This document shows positions 1 through 12,329 of a stretch of DNA of 64,000 nt, one piece after another. The stretch spans positions 73,160,001 to 73,224,000 of the forward strand of contig OX597833.1 of assembly GCA_951406725.2 (NCBI GenBank). Direction: 5' to 3'. Source of the stretch: Octopus vulgaris (Eukaryota). How positions within the stretch are numbered: position 1 is the first letter of the stretch; every line of letters begins with the position of its first letter. The translations under genes were made by a program, and so were the position numbers. Under the pieces are notes generated by a model, which worked only from the letters and a program-made list of their open reading frames with translations, had not been told where the DNA came from and did no database searches.

Positions 1-600
1 TACAGTTCAGATACTTACACACCAGTTTCAAACCACTTTACATATAAATGATTTTGTGTAATATAATCCACGATGTCTGTATACATTCAGCCATGGTTGA
101 ATAGGCTGGAGTGGAACCTCTTCCAAAGAGCAGCACAGGCTGCTACTTCTAGACATGGTGATTAGTAATAGCAACAGGTTGGTTCTAGTGCAATGAGGTG
201 CCACTCCAACCTCTTTAACCGAAGGAATTCATGCAGGTTGTGTGATTTTATACACAATGCAGTTTGAAACGGGTGTAAAGACAAACTTGTGCCACATTGG
301 TTGCATTCTTGGACATACACGGATACACATCAGTACAAGCTATCCGTAGCTTTCGCATCAATGGTAGTGAAGATGGTGCTGTTGTCGATGAAGATGGTCA
401 GAGGTCTGTTGGCATCAAACTGTACCCCGCTTCATCTGTCAAAAGCCTGCTGCACGATGGAGTCAGTAACATTGAACAAAAGAGGGCAAAGCACATCTTG
501 TTGAAGCTTGTCTTGATGGCGAATGCCTCAAAGAGATTGTCTCTGATCTGGACCAGGCTGGTTGAACCAACAGAAACTAAACATAGGAGCACAATTGATC
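1..600 (-). mobile_element. Degenerate non-LTR (RTE-like) reverse-transcriptase fragment
   Basis: Minus-strand translation gives remnants resembling the LINE RT 'G(I/V)RQG..L.P.LF' region, with stops and frameshifts; boundaries approximate. Confidence 0.4.
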
Positions 601-611
601 TTGTGAAGCAT

Positions 612-677
612 TTAAAGGCGGTGCTCCAGCATGGCCGCAGTCAAATGACTGAAACAGGTAAAAGAGTAAAAGAGTAA
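612..677 (+). mobile_element. 3' tail of an octopus tRNA-derived SINE
   Basis: GGCGGTGCTCCAGCATGGCCGCAGTCAAATGACTGAAACAGGTAAAAGAGTAAAAGAG; the same tail recurs at ~3810, ~7210, ~20805 (minus strand) and ~63945. Confidence 0.7.
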
Positions 678-819
678 CCTTTATAGGGTGATCCCAGTTG
701 ACAAAGAATATAAAGATCTTCCCAGTGATGGAGAAGAAGCTAATACCCCAGTAGTTTTTGCATTCTCTGCTATTACCTTACAATGGGAATGATGATGGCT
801 TTCTTCCATACGGACCAAG

Positions 820-1300
820 CTCCATCTTTTTTGTATGCTGGTTCTGTCTGTCTTCCTCTACAGCACTGAGATCTGGACCATCCTCAAACAGGACCTGAAC
901 AAGCTCAAAGTGTTCCAAATGCAGTGTCTTTGTCAAATCGTTGGTGTCTCTGTCTGTGACTGAATCTCAAGCAAAAGCATGTGAGAACCATGCCAGCAGC
1001 AGTCTTGGACCATTGTAGACCAAGTCCAGCAGCGCTGGCTCCGGTGGTTTGGCTACATCTACAGGATGACCACTGGAAGACTGGTCCTTGCACTGGAGGA
1101 TCCAGTGCAGCACACCAAAGGAGACATGGGTTTTTGTCAAATTGAGGAAGGCCTGAAGTCAAAGTGCCTCAGTCTTAAGCATGCTAAGGCCAGCACCATG
1201 GATTGGAAAACGTGGATTGATATCCTCACTGTAGCCCATCGTCCAGCAGCATGTTGGTTGAGAGGACAACGCCCCCCCCCCTTCCAGTTGCCAGCTAAAG
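820..1300 (+). mobile_element. Degenerate RTE-like LINE 3' coding fragment
   Basis: Remnants such as WTILKQDLNKLKVFQMQCL and LRW.G...RM are typical of the RTE post-RT region. Confidence 0.5.
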
Positions 1301-4279
1301 AATAAAGAACAATTAGAACAAAGTATGTATGAATAAATATATATACATGTGTGTGTTATATATTGCAACCTACTGCATTATACACCATAAAACAGTGCTA
1401 GGTAAGAAAATAGTAACAAAAACCACTTCCATACTTTATAGAATATTGCATGTTCCATTGCTTCTGGGAGTCATTCTAGTAATCTACCCTTGCACCCCAA
1501 GTCTGCTCTTAACATACAACTTGCATAGATCCCAGAAGTGAATTTGATAACAAAGCTTTAATGTTCTGTCGTATTCTGGTGTCAACATAAGCTGTCCACT
1601 ATAATAAGGAACAGGGCAGTTGCTAACACTACTCCACATCCTGAAAATAAGGTTGAGATAGCTTGGAAGGGTTGATCAAAGTGAATTTGGGAACTTTATT
1701 ATTCCAAATGAACAATAAAGTTTAGACATGCAGGTATTTAAAAAAATTGAGATAAAATTGGGCCACAACCTTGTTGGTCAGTTTATCATCTTCAAAGAAA
1801 AGTTATTTCTTAAGCACACAAACATACTTATGCCTCCTCCTCCTCCTCCTACTACTACTACTACACACACGCATAAATGAGTGTGTGTGTGTGTGTTTCC
1901 TTTTGTTGACATCATGCAATGGTATTTGGGTGTCATTTGTTGCCAAGTTGTCTGACCCTGGGGAAACAGGTGAGGCTTGGTGACAGGAAGAGCATCCCCT
2001 TGTGAAGGTGCATGGCCTAAAGGTCAGAGTGTTGGGTTTATTGTCCTATAGTTGCAGGTACAATTACTGGACAGAGCAGGGCATTGTGGCCTTGAGCAAG
2101 ACGTTTCCCTTTCATGTTGCCACAGCCTATTCAGCTGTAAACAAGTATCAACCCAGGGCTGGTGCAGCTCCCTCCCTCTGCTTATCTCATCCTTAATCTT
2201 TCACTGGGTCAGAAGTATTTCTGCATTGCTCATGGCTACATGGCCACCCATAACAGTTAAAGAAAGCATGCTACACATGCTTCCAAGTCACACTGATTCA
2301 CAGGTCATGGCTAAGATTCGACATATTTGACAGGGTCCCACATTGTTCCCATTAACCAAATTCCTGGCTAACCCTAACCTGAAGCTGTAATGAGAAACTC
2401 CTAATGTGCTGCATGGAGGGTTTGAAACTGGGGCCATGCAAAATTAACAAGAACATCTTAATCACATGACTGTTCATCTGATGAATTGACGTTTGTTGCA
2501 TTTCTTTGAGCACATCAGCATCAGCATCCTTGTTTAACAGCCATGTTCCATGCTGACCGAGATTAAATGGTTTGACAGGATCCGATGAGTCTAAGGACTG
2601 TTGCCATATCTGCTTTTGGATGATTTCTATGGTTGGGCACACTTCCTAATACTTACCATTCTGCAGAGTGTGTTGGATGCTTTCTTTTTTGTGCCTGCAG
2701 CACGAGTGAGGTCAGCAAATCGTTTGCAAGACTACAAACCACGAGGGAGATGGCTTTTTAAGCTAAGATGAAGGATTGCAGTATGAGCAGAATGATGGAA
2801 AGCTGCAGAGGAGGCCCCATGGCTGTTTACATTAGAGAGAGGGAGAGCATGACTGTGATTGAGGTGGAACTGAAAACAGACCAATACAAGGGTGATGAGG
2901 TATCAGGATGGACCCTTCAAGTAGGAGTGGGGTCAACAGAACAGAAAGTGTGGCAGGGTAGAGGTGGAGATTTAACTCTGATCTGTCTCCCTGACTTTAT
3001 AACAAACATTTTGTCTTCATCTCATAATATTCGAAGCATCAAGAATTGTTTTGAATAAGCATTATAGGGTTAAGTCTACCAAAGAATATCTTTCTTGTAA
3101 GAGCAGTTGTTTTGTCTTTGCTATTGAGTTTTCATTTCTTGATGCATGGTAAACTGTTTGGCTCTGTGTCTCATCTATTTTTAGAAGTCCATGTGTCTTT
3201 AGAAACATTTTATTTTTAGAATTAGCGTTGCATGGTTAGGAAACTGGTTTATGAGATCTGTGTGTGTCTTTCTTTTTATTATCCAAGATGTTTTTTTATT
3301 CAACTTGACTTTGTTGCTCTCTCTCTCACCATCTTCATTTTCACTCACACACATGCAAACGCTCACGTGTTCAGTCAATTGTCTGTAAAAGACATCGTTT
3401 CATGCTCTGCTGACCACATAAAATGTGCAGCTGCTATATATTGTGTTGCTAATGTGGTGATGTTTCTGTTGCCTGATGTGTAGTAGTTCTTGATAATCAC
3501 TGCCAATGTAATGTGTGACACAAAAGTCTGAAGACCGTCATTTGCTGCCGGGTTCACAAGACTGCTTTTTGCCAAGTTTCTGCCTTTGTTTCATTTCGTT
3601 TTGACAAGAATGGAAAATTTTTGTAAAATAACTTTTATCTGGGATTTGGAGCATAAATTAATATGAAAATTTGATGGAATGTTTTAAATTTAGATTACTT
3701 GAAAACGGACAGGTTGTATCAGAGAACTAGAGATTTGATAGGAATCCCATGCCTGTAACTGAGCAGTTTGATGAAGGAGTCCAATAAAATAAGTACTAAC
3801 CTTGCATGACAGTGCTCCAGCATGGCAGCAGACCAATGGCAGAAACAAGTAAAAGGATTAAATCCAATATTTCAAAATTGAAGAGGAAAAGCAAGAACCG
3901 TTTAGTATTTTCCTTTTTTTGGCAAAAGTCAAGACTTGAGACGATTCTGTGATGGAAGACTCTTGAAGAATCCTTTGTTTTGTTGGATTAATTGACAGAA
4001 TGGTAGGTGTGTTGTAAGATCACGCTGCATTAATGTCTTTTATCTTTTACTGTGGCCATTCTGGGGCACTGCCTTGAAGACTTTTAGTCTAACTGATTGA
4101 CACAGTACTTATTCTATTAATCTCTTGTTGGACTGCTAAGTTGATAGGATGTAAACAAACCCACACAGCTTAGTAAAGCCAGTTATCAAGAGGTGGCAGG
4201 GGGACGATAAACACACACACACACGCAAAGAGCAGAATATCTGTCTTCATAAGGTCCCTGTGAAATCCTGCTGATTGCA

Positions 4280-4860
4280 GTGAAATTGACTTCTGGAAGC
4301 ACTGCATAGGTATATATTGTAGACTATATTTCCATGTATGTATATAATATGTTTTTGTGTATATGCTCTGCTGGATGTGTAATGTGAATGTAGATGTTCA
4401 AGAGAGTGCCATTTGATTTGGGAGAGAGAGGTGTGCTGTGTGCAAGAGGGGAGACTGTGCTGGGTTTGGTCATGTGATGCAGATGGATGCTGACAGCTCC
4501 ATAAAGAAGTGCTGGTCTGGAACATGTGGAAGAGAGAGAGACCCTGGAGGGCATGGGGCAGAATACGGAAAGATGAATTCAGAACCCCTTTCAGATGAGA
4601 TGACAAAGGACCGAGATACTTGCTGTACTAAAGGAAACCGGTCTTCCACAACAGAAGTGTTAAGGTCACTCCCACTGGTGAAGAGGGTGTCCTAAAAGAG
4701 CCCTGTGCCAGTGCCACATAAAAACTCACATGCTGGCCCCATGTTAAAGGCACACAGCACACATTGTTAAGTAGTTGGCATTAGAAAGAGTCTCCAGCTG
4801 TAGAAACGAAACCAAATCAAAGTGGGACCTTTGCCAGCTCTGCTCAAACCATCGACCTAT
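4280..4860 (+). mobile_element. Old RTE LINE 3' fragment
   Basis: Diverged similarity to the better-preserved copy at 60775-61864 (LCWMCNV, GHVMQMDADSSIKKC). Confidence 0.65.
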
Positions 4861-5509
4861 ACCTTAATATACACTCAGCAATGAACGTGCACTCAAGGTT
4901 TCCTACCGAAACCTTAATTTCAAATACAACTTGTATATCTGTGTATAAGTTTGCTTTCTATCCAGTAGGGTTGTGTCGTTCAAAAGTTAAAATAATGCAA
5001 ACCACATTGTGACTAACAATGTTTAATAACATCCGATAGTCTGGCCAATACTGTGCTATGTATACACACATGCAACAGTCTTTCAGTTTCCATCTACCAA
5101 ATGTACTCAAAAGACTTGGCTCAACCCAGCATATGGCACAGTGGCACTGAGCCCAGACCTATAGGATTGGGAGGTGAACTTCTTCACCACACAGCTGTAG
5201 CTGGATCACATTTACATCCATACATTACATATATACTGGCCAGAGGTTTTTGACATGTTAGTCACTGCTACATATACTAAATCACAATTTCCAATAGAGT
5301 ATGTCTAATTTATTTATAATCTATTCATTAAAATAAGGTAGTCAAATTATATTTAAAAACATCTTTTTTCTTTGAATTTTAATATGCATTATTATTTAAT
5401 AAAAAGCAAACATACTGTTCTTAAATCTGGTTTTTACTAAAATCAAATTCATACAATCAGAAGAAAAGACCTAATCAACTCTAGACTATATTCAGTGGCT
5501 TCATTTAGT

Positions 5510-5695
5510 TTACAAACTGAAAAAGCATCCCATTCACATTGTAAAGTGGTTGGCATTAGGAAGGGCATCCAGCCATAAAAACCATGCCAAAACAGACTGG
5601 AGTCTGATGCCTGGTGTGGTCTTCTGGCTTCACCAGCTCCTGTCAAACCATTCAACCCATATCAGCATGGAAAATGGACATTAAATGATGAGGAT
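5510..5695 (+). mobile_element. RTE 3' end (5'-truncated)
   Basis: GGCATTAGGAAGGGCATCCAGC ... GCATGGAAAATGGACATTAAATGATGAGGAT tail shared with many copies in the window. Confidence 0.7.
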
Positions 5696-7525
5696 ATATA
5701 TTTGATGGGCTTCTTTACAGTTTCTGTCAATAAAATTCACTTACAAGGCATTGTTTGGCCCAGAGTTGTGTATTTTGCCCAAGGTGCTGCACCATGTGGC
5801 TGTAAAGCAAGCTTTTTAATCACTCAACCATAACAAATAATAAAAAAAAAATATGATTAAAAAATATTTTACCCCATTGTTTACTGAATTTTAGAGTTAT
5901 TCCCATTATAATTAGGGATGTGTTACATGTTGTAATTAGGCTACATGTTGTAATGGTTGTTACATGTTCAGCTGGTAAATTGCTTGTTGCTGAATTGGGT
6001 TTTGTTCTTCATAAGATATTTTCTATGGTGTTTGCATATCAAAAATGTATCACATGTAGCGTTTTGTTGAGATAATTCTACATGTTCTGCCTGCCTGAAC
6101 ATTTTTATGGTGTCTCATGTTTAAACTCCTCGTTAAATGTTCTGGCTTATGACATTTCGTGGCTGGGATGTGTTCTTGTGTTAATCTCGTCCATCGTATT
6201 ATGCTCTGTCGAGATTGTTTGTATTTTAATATTACATGTTTGGTGGTGATGGTCTTTTATTGCAGTACAAATGTTAATGTGGTACAAATGCATTGCCCTG
6301 TGTTCAAATGACGCTACATGCCTGCTGTTTGAGACTCTCACCCAGTCTGCATTCTGCAGTGTACAAAAGGAATTATTTGATAAGCAGTTGGCATTCTGTC
6401 CCCTGTTCTGTGTAGTGTTATATGAAGGGATTCTGGTCAGAGGTGTGTGTGTGTGTAATGTTTTACTATTGAGTAGAAGGCCGATGGTAAAGAGAATAAT
6501 GTCTCTTGTGGTAAGGTACCGTATGTTTCTTTGTGGCTTAGGAACTGGTAATCGGTAAGAACTGGTAATTGGTAAGAACTGGTAAGCTTCCTTGAACAAT
6601 ATATTTGTTTTTCTTCTATTGTTCTCCAGTATGTTTTCAATGTTTAATCACACAATTCAAATATTCGGTAATCTGTAATACTTTATTTAATTACAGCCTC
6701 CTCTATGCAACAGATGCGTGCTGTTGTCTGCTTTCTGCCTATTCTATCATTATACTACAATAAAATGTCTTCTTTGAATTAGTTTGTTGTATATTTTAAC
6801 CCCACCCAGGTCTGGCTGGTATACTACCTGTCTGTCCTCTTATCATCATTCCTATTGTATTTGCTCCCACCTTACACACACACACACACATTCAAGTGGT
6901 ACATTAACCCCTTCACCAATTATGAAACCCATGAAAGTGAGTCCCTTCCCCCCTGCATACCCTGATCCATTTCTTTCATAAATATGTCTGCTTACGGTTG
7001 TTCAAGGTGACTAGAAACTGCACCGATCTCACCAATTGTGGAGGACATGCAAAGGTGATATTGAGTAGAGCCAACTTCCTGCCCTACTACGCTATAACAG
7101 TGACCCCTGACAAATTCATCTACACAGACCCCTACTTTCAGTCTTCATTCCAAATCTGAATCACGGCGAATCTTAGGTCAATAACGTAAAAGCATGGCTG
7201 TGTGGTTAAGGCAGTGCTCCAGCATGTCCACACTCCAATAACTGTGAAAGGTAAATGAAGATGCAGGTGGAGGTGAAAATAATCATTTACGCTGCCGGCC
7301 CCAGTCCTTGTGGTAGAACTCACTAATGTCATCTCTTGCTACTATCACCATTATACAAGTGCTTGTGTATATTATTTGTGGTTAATGAGCTTTTTATTTC
7401 TTTTCACTGGAATCCATTCAATGCAGCCGTTTCCACAGATAACAAAACTAGAAACAACAAACTGTGGCTTCCACGTTTTCCTTTTTGCAACCAACAGTTT
7501 ACAAAATTTTATTTTTATTGTACAG

Positions 7526-7584
7526 GCGAAGTGACCCACCCCTTTGTGTTATAACTCAAGATTCAATGACAGTTGAAGAAATTG
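7526..7584 (+). CDS. CLCN3: ClC-3/4/5-type H+/Cl- exchanger, internal exon (start of CBS1)
   Basis: tacag|...|gtaagt splice sites; encodes RSDPPLCVITQDSMTVEEI, matching vertebrate ClC-3 RNDPPLAVLTQDNMTVDDI. Upstream exons were not found in the window. Confidence 0.93.
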
Positions 7585-8119
7585 GTAAGTTTTGTTCTGT
7601 CTATCTTCCTCCCTCTTTCGGTTAAGAACACTCTATTATGATGCTATTGCATGAATCCATTTGGCTACTTTTTTCCCCATTTATTTAAATCGTTATTTTT
7701 CCTCAATAAACTTATCAAGTCAATAGTATGATGTCTTCCTTGTTCATAACTTCTTGCCAATGTCCCACTGTCTCAATACCTTGACAGTAGAAGTCACTGA
7801 TTTGTTAAAGTTGTTGATGTAAAATAAGGATTAAAATAAATGGAATCTGATAACCCGACATTGTATATTCTGAACCTTGTTTTGATGTCCACCACCCTTT
7901 GTTTTCAATTGTTCATATTTAAAAGCCTAGCATCAGGAATGTTTTTAATCACATGATATATCCAAAATGCCAAAGGAATAATGAAAAAGCTATTTTATTA
8001 AACTCTTCCTAATAACTAATTATATAATTATTTTCAAAATTGAGATGCACAATAGGCAGTATACTTCATTAGAAATGTTGTTCATGAAAGAGTTAATAAC
8101 ACACACACACATACACACA

Positions 8120-8897
8120 CATCATCATCATCGTTTAACGTCCGCTTTCCATGCTGGCATGGGTTGGATGATTTAACTGAGGAGTGGCGAACCAGATGGC
8201 TGCACCAGGCTCCAATCTTATCTGGCAGAGTTTCTTCAGTTGGATGCCCTTCCTAATGCCAACCACTCCATGAGCGTAGTGGGTGCTTTTACATGCCACC
8301 GGCACGAGGGCCAGTATGTCGGTACTGGCAATGGCCATGCTCAAATGGTGTTTTTTATGTGCCACCTGCACAGGAGCCAGTCCAGTGGCACTGGCAATGA
8401 CCTCACTCGAATGTTTTTTCACGTGCCACCAGCACAAATGCCAGTAAAACAACGCTGGTAATGATCACGCTCGAATGGTGCTTTTTATGTGTCACTGGCA
8501 CGGAAGCCAGTCAGCTGCTCTGGCAATGATCACGCTCAGATGGTGCTCTTAGCGCTCCACTAGCATGGATGCCAGTCATCGAATTTGATTTCGATTTCAC
8601 CTGCCTCAACAAGTCTTCGCAAGCAGAGTTTAGTGTCCAATAAAAGAAAGGTATGCATAAGTGGGCTGGTTACATCCCTGGCATAGTCCACAGGTTGTGG
8701 TCTCACTTGGCTTGCTGGGTCTTCTCAAGCACAGCATGTTTCCAAAGGTCTCGGTCACTAGTCATTGCCTTGGTGAGGCCTAATGTTCGAAGGTCATGCT
8801 TCACCATCACATCCCAGGTCTTCCTGGGTCTACCTGTTCCACAGTTTCCCTCAGTCGCTAGTGTGTGACATTTTTTCACACAGCTATCCTCATCCAT
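8120..8897 (-). mobile_element. RTE LINE 3' end with (GAT)n tail and tandem-hairpin 3' UTR
   Basis: CATCATCATCGTTTAACGTCCGCTTTCCATGC terminus; ORF 8703-8897 (CVKKCHTLATEGNCGTGRPRKTW) is the RTE C-terminus. Confidence 0.85.
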
Positions 8898-9040
8898 ATA
8901 TATATATATATATTAAAAGACATATTAAAAATATACCATGGAAACGATTTAGATTCTCATAGAATGAACAAATTATTCATCTATTGATATCTTTTTTTAT
9001 GTTTTGTTTTTATTTATATATTTTTTTCTTTAAATTCAAG

Positions 9041-9148
9041 AATGTGTTCTTCGAGAGACGGAACATAATGGTTTTCCTGTTGTTGTATCCAGAGAATCAC
9101 AATATTTGGTTGGATTTGTTTTGCGTAGAGACCTTAATATTGCTATTA
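9041..9148 (+). CDS. CLCN3: ClC-3/4/5-type exchanger exon (CBS1)
   Basis: caag|...|gtaagt, phase 1 to phase 1; [36 protein letters not shown] matches the ClC-3 NGFPV...SQRLVGFALRRDL motif. Confidence 0.95.
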
Positions 9149-9674
9149 GTAAGTATAAGATATTGCTTGTGTCATTTGTTTATTTATTGGTTTTGGTCAC
9201 AGCACTGTGGCCATGCTGGAACATTGCCTTCAAAGAGTTTCATTCATTTCTACATATTGCACCCCACCTTGTCCTTGGTCTAGTATTGAACTCCTTTCAG
9301 TGGTACGTATTGATTGAATGGTTTCAGTTATTTTCTCTCTTGCAGAGAAGTGCCTTACATTAAGGATGGGAATGCTTTTCTACATGAACGCATCGATGCA
9401 TCAACACAGAAACAAGCCAACACACACCCATTTTATTCTGTATTTGTTGTCTTCTGACTTCATAAACTCCCACAGAGTCTCTCTCCAGGACAAATGGCAC
9501 AGGAAGAAGGACTGCAGCAGCATGTCATCAAATACTGACCAGCCCTTCAACTGCAGCCACTGTGGCTGTGCTTGGCTGTCCTCAGTTGGACTTAGCACCA
9601 AGAACATGCTTGCAATCAACAGGGATCAGAAGATGTGTGTGTGTGTGTGTATAAAAATAAATGCTCCCTTTTAA

Positions 9675-9910
9675 AGCCTAGCCAGACTCATGGGCCCAGT
9701 TTCCCTGTTTCTATGGCGTATGTCTTCCCCAGCTGGATGGGACGCCAGTCCATTGCAGCGTTACTCATTTTTGCCAGCTGAGTGGACTGCAGCAACATGA
9801 AATAAAGTGTTTTTTCTCAACAACACAACGCGTCGCCCAGTCCAGGAATTGAAACCACAATCTTATGATCATGATGCTGACACCCTAACCACTAAGCCAT
9901 GCACGTCCAC
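9675..9910 (-). mobile_element. tRNA-derived SINE
   Basis: Minus strand begins with a tRNA-like head (GGCTTAGTGGTTAGGGTG A box; GTTTCAATTCC B box) followed by a conserved central domain. Confidence 0.7.
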
Positions 9911-9911
9911 A

Positions 9912-9944
<33 letters not shown>

Positions 9945-10177
9945 TGACAACAGTCAGTTGTGAACAAAGTTTTGGTCAGTTGGCATCCTATAAACATATA
10001 TGTATGTATATATATAAGTATGTAATGGAAACACATTAATCCAAACACCCAGTTTTCAATTACACAAAATAGGTGGTTGTTTTTTCTTTAATCTTCTTAT
10101 CTATTAAAGCGTTTTTTAAACGATTCCTGTTTCTTCGTTTCTGTCTCACTTTCTTTCTTTCTTTCTCTCTTTCACAG

Positions 10178-10302
10178 CCAATGCTCGTAAAATCCAAGAT
10201 GGCATCGTCAGCAACTCGTGTATTTATTTCTCATCTCATACTCCGTCAAATCAAGGAGTAATGGCACCTGCAGCATTGAAATTAAGAAGAATTTTAGATA
10301 TG
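10178..10302 (+). CDS. CLCN3: ClC-3/4/5-type exchanger exon (CBS1-CBS2 linker)
   Basis: Polypyrimidine tract + cacag|...|gtaagt; TNARKIQDGIVSNSCIYFSSHTP...LKLRRILDM matches ClC-3 SARKKQEGIV...LKLRSILDM; phases are compatible with the neighbouring exons. Confidence 0.95.
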
Positions 10303-10649
10303 GTAAGTAAGAACTCTGCTTCTCAAAGTGTTAATCTTGTTCATATCTCAACTGTAAACATACAACCATGGCAGAAGTGGTTAAGAAGAAGAAACATGAG
10401 ACATTGGAATGGTGTATTAATAGGGTCTGTTCAGGTCATAATTTTGAGAAGGGATGCAAACAAAAGAGGTGATGTGAGGGGTGGAAGGGAGAACATATCT
10501 CTCTAGCTATGGAATCTTTATATACATGTAGGTATATATGTTTATTTTCAGAGCAAACATAGTTACAGAGAAGTATAGGGAATGTGTATGCGTTCAGATG
10601 CATTTTAACTACAGAGGCATCTGTGAAGAGGGTGTGTCTGTGTACTGCT

Positions 10650-11690
10650 CTGCTGTAGGTGTGTAGATGAAATCCCTATTCTAGTTAGGATAAACCCTAG
10701 TAAATGTAGTATAGAAACCAAAAGGAGCATAATTGAAAGCATCCAGCACATAACTCTATCCACCAAAGTACCAAGGTAGCTATAGATTCTCTCACCCAGG
10801 CACCCTAACAATAGACTCTCTGTCCTTGATACTGAACTTTGGTTAGAGACTGTGAACAACAGAGTGCAGCTCTCCATGCCTATTACATGAAACCCATGGC
10901 TTTTAAATATGCTGTTCCCAAGAACTCAGCTTTGTCACACAATACCAAAATCAACATACTGATAGTAGACTTAATTAGGATGATGAATAACTTATCCCCC
11001 ACCATGTGAACCCTTTGAAACAAGGAAACATGTACAGAACTTCATGCACCCTAAGCAATTCTCTGGATATGACCCGAAAGATAGGATTTGTGTGTACAAG
11101 GGAGCTAAAAAGAAGCCAGACAGTATTATATGTAAGGAAGCCAGTGGCACTCGCCGCCCTAGATACAGATTTAAAGACTGGAATAATATACAGAGAGTTT
11201 GTGACAAAGCAAACACATGATGCAAGGCTGACAAATCTGAAAGAGTGATGTTTGTTGAGGCCACACCCAATGCGGAACTAGCCGATAGATTTAGGAAAAC
11301 TCCACATTAAGATCATTGAAAAACCAGGGAGTTCCATAAGATTGCAGTTATGTAGGACATAGCCCTTCAAAGGTACCCCATGCACTAATGAAGACTGCAT
11401 TGTTTGTAAGATTAACCCTGGCATTAACTGTAGAACTAGAAATGTAGTCTACAGCATAAGGTGCGTAAGGGGTGGTTGTAAAGTCAAGAACACAGCATAC
11501 ATTGGAGAAACATCTAGAAGTATTGCAGAGAGATTAAAGAAACACTGGAGGCAATATGATGACAAAAAGCAGTCGTCCATACTCTACCGACATGGAGGCA
11601 CACTGGGCTGACATATGCATTTCGTCCAAGCACCCGAAGGACCCGTCACTCAGACAAATACAAGAGTACGTCCTCATAAATGAAACATGA
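10650..11690 (+). mobile_element. Penelope-like element relic (RT thumb + GIY-YIG endonuclease)
   Basis: ~11380-11590 reads CTNEDCIVCKINPGINCRTRNVVYSIRC...AYIGETSRSIAERLKEH...ILYRH (Cys motif plus GIY-YIG); upstream VLDTELW...YYMKPM is a PLE RT C-terminal motif. Confidence 0.8.
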
Positions 11691-11797
11691 AATACACATA
11701 GAAGGTAGTGATACTCCTATACCCACAGAATTTACTTACATAAGTACATTTGGTAGTAGGCTGTTAAGTAGGCAAATATATATGTGTGTATATATAT

Positions 11798-11972
11798 CAT
11801 CATCATCATCGTTTAACGTCCGCTTTCCATGCTAGCATGGGTTGGACTGTTCAACTGGGGTCTGGCAAGCCCGAAGGCTGCACCAGGCCAGTCAGATCTG
11901 GCAGTGTTTCTACAGCTGGATGCCCTTCCTAACGCCAACCACTCCGTGAGTGTAGTGGGTGATTTTATGTGC

Positions 11973-11976
<4 letters not shown>
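11798..11976 (-). mobile_element. Short RTE 3' end
   Basis: Same terminus as the copy at 8120-8897. Confidence 0.85.
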
Positions 11977-12025
<49 letters not shown>

Positions 12026-12329
12026 TTTTAGGTAGGTAGGTAACTGGATATGTAGGTAAACAGATAGATACATAGGTAAGAAGATAGCTAGGTATATAGG
12101 TAATGCAGACAGACAAGTATACATGCAAAGACAGATGGAGACACACTCGAACATGCATACACAAGAAGAGGTTCACACACAAATACATACAAACATGCAT
12201 ACATACATATATACATACACATACCTACATGTATACATGCGTACATACACAAGCGTACATGCACACTGATGTGCACAAACAGACAAAAAAGGACGCAGCT
12301 CCAATAATGGACAGAGTCAGCATCTATTG

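Noticed and set aside
5900-7130. Possible minus-strand Penelope-like relic and ORF 6147-6599
   Set aside because: Motifs are too degraded to call with confidence.
8270-8580. Regularly spaced repeats resembling a CRISPR array
   Set aside because: Eukaryotic context, the 'spacers' are homologous to each other, and the array is part of the RTE 3' UTR.
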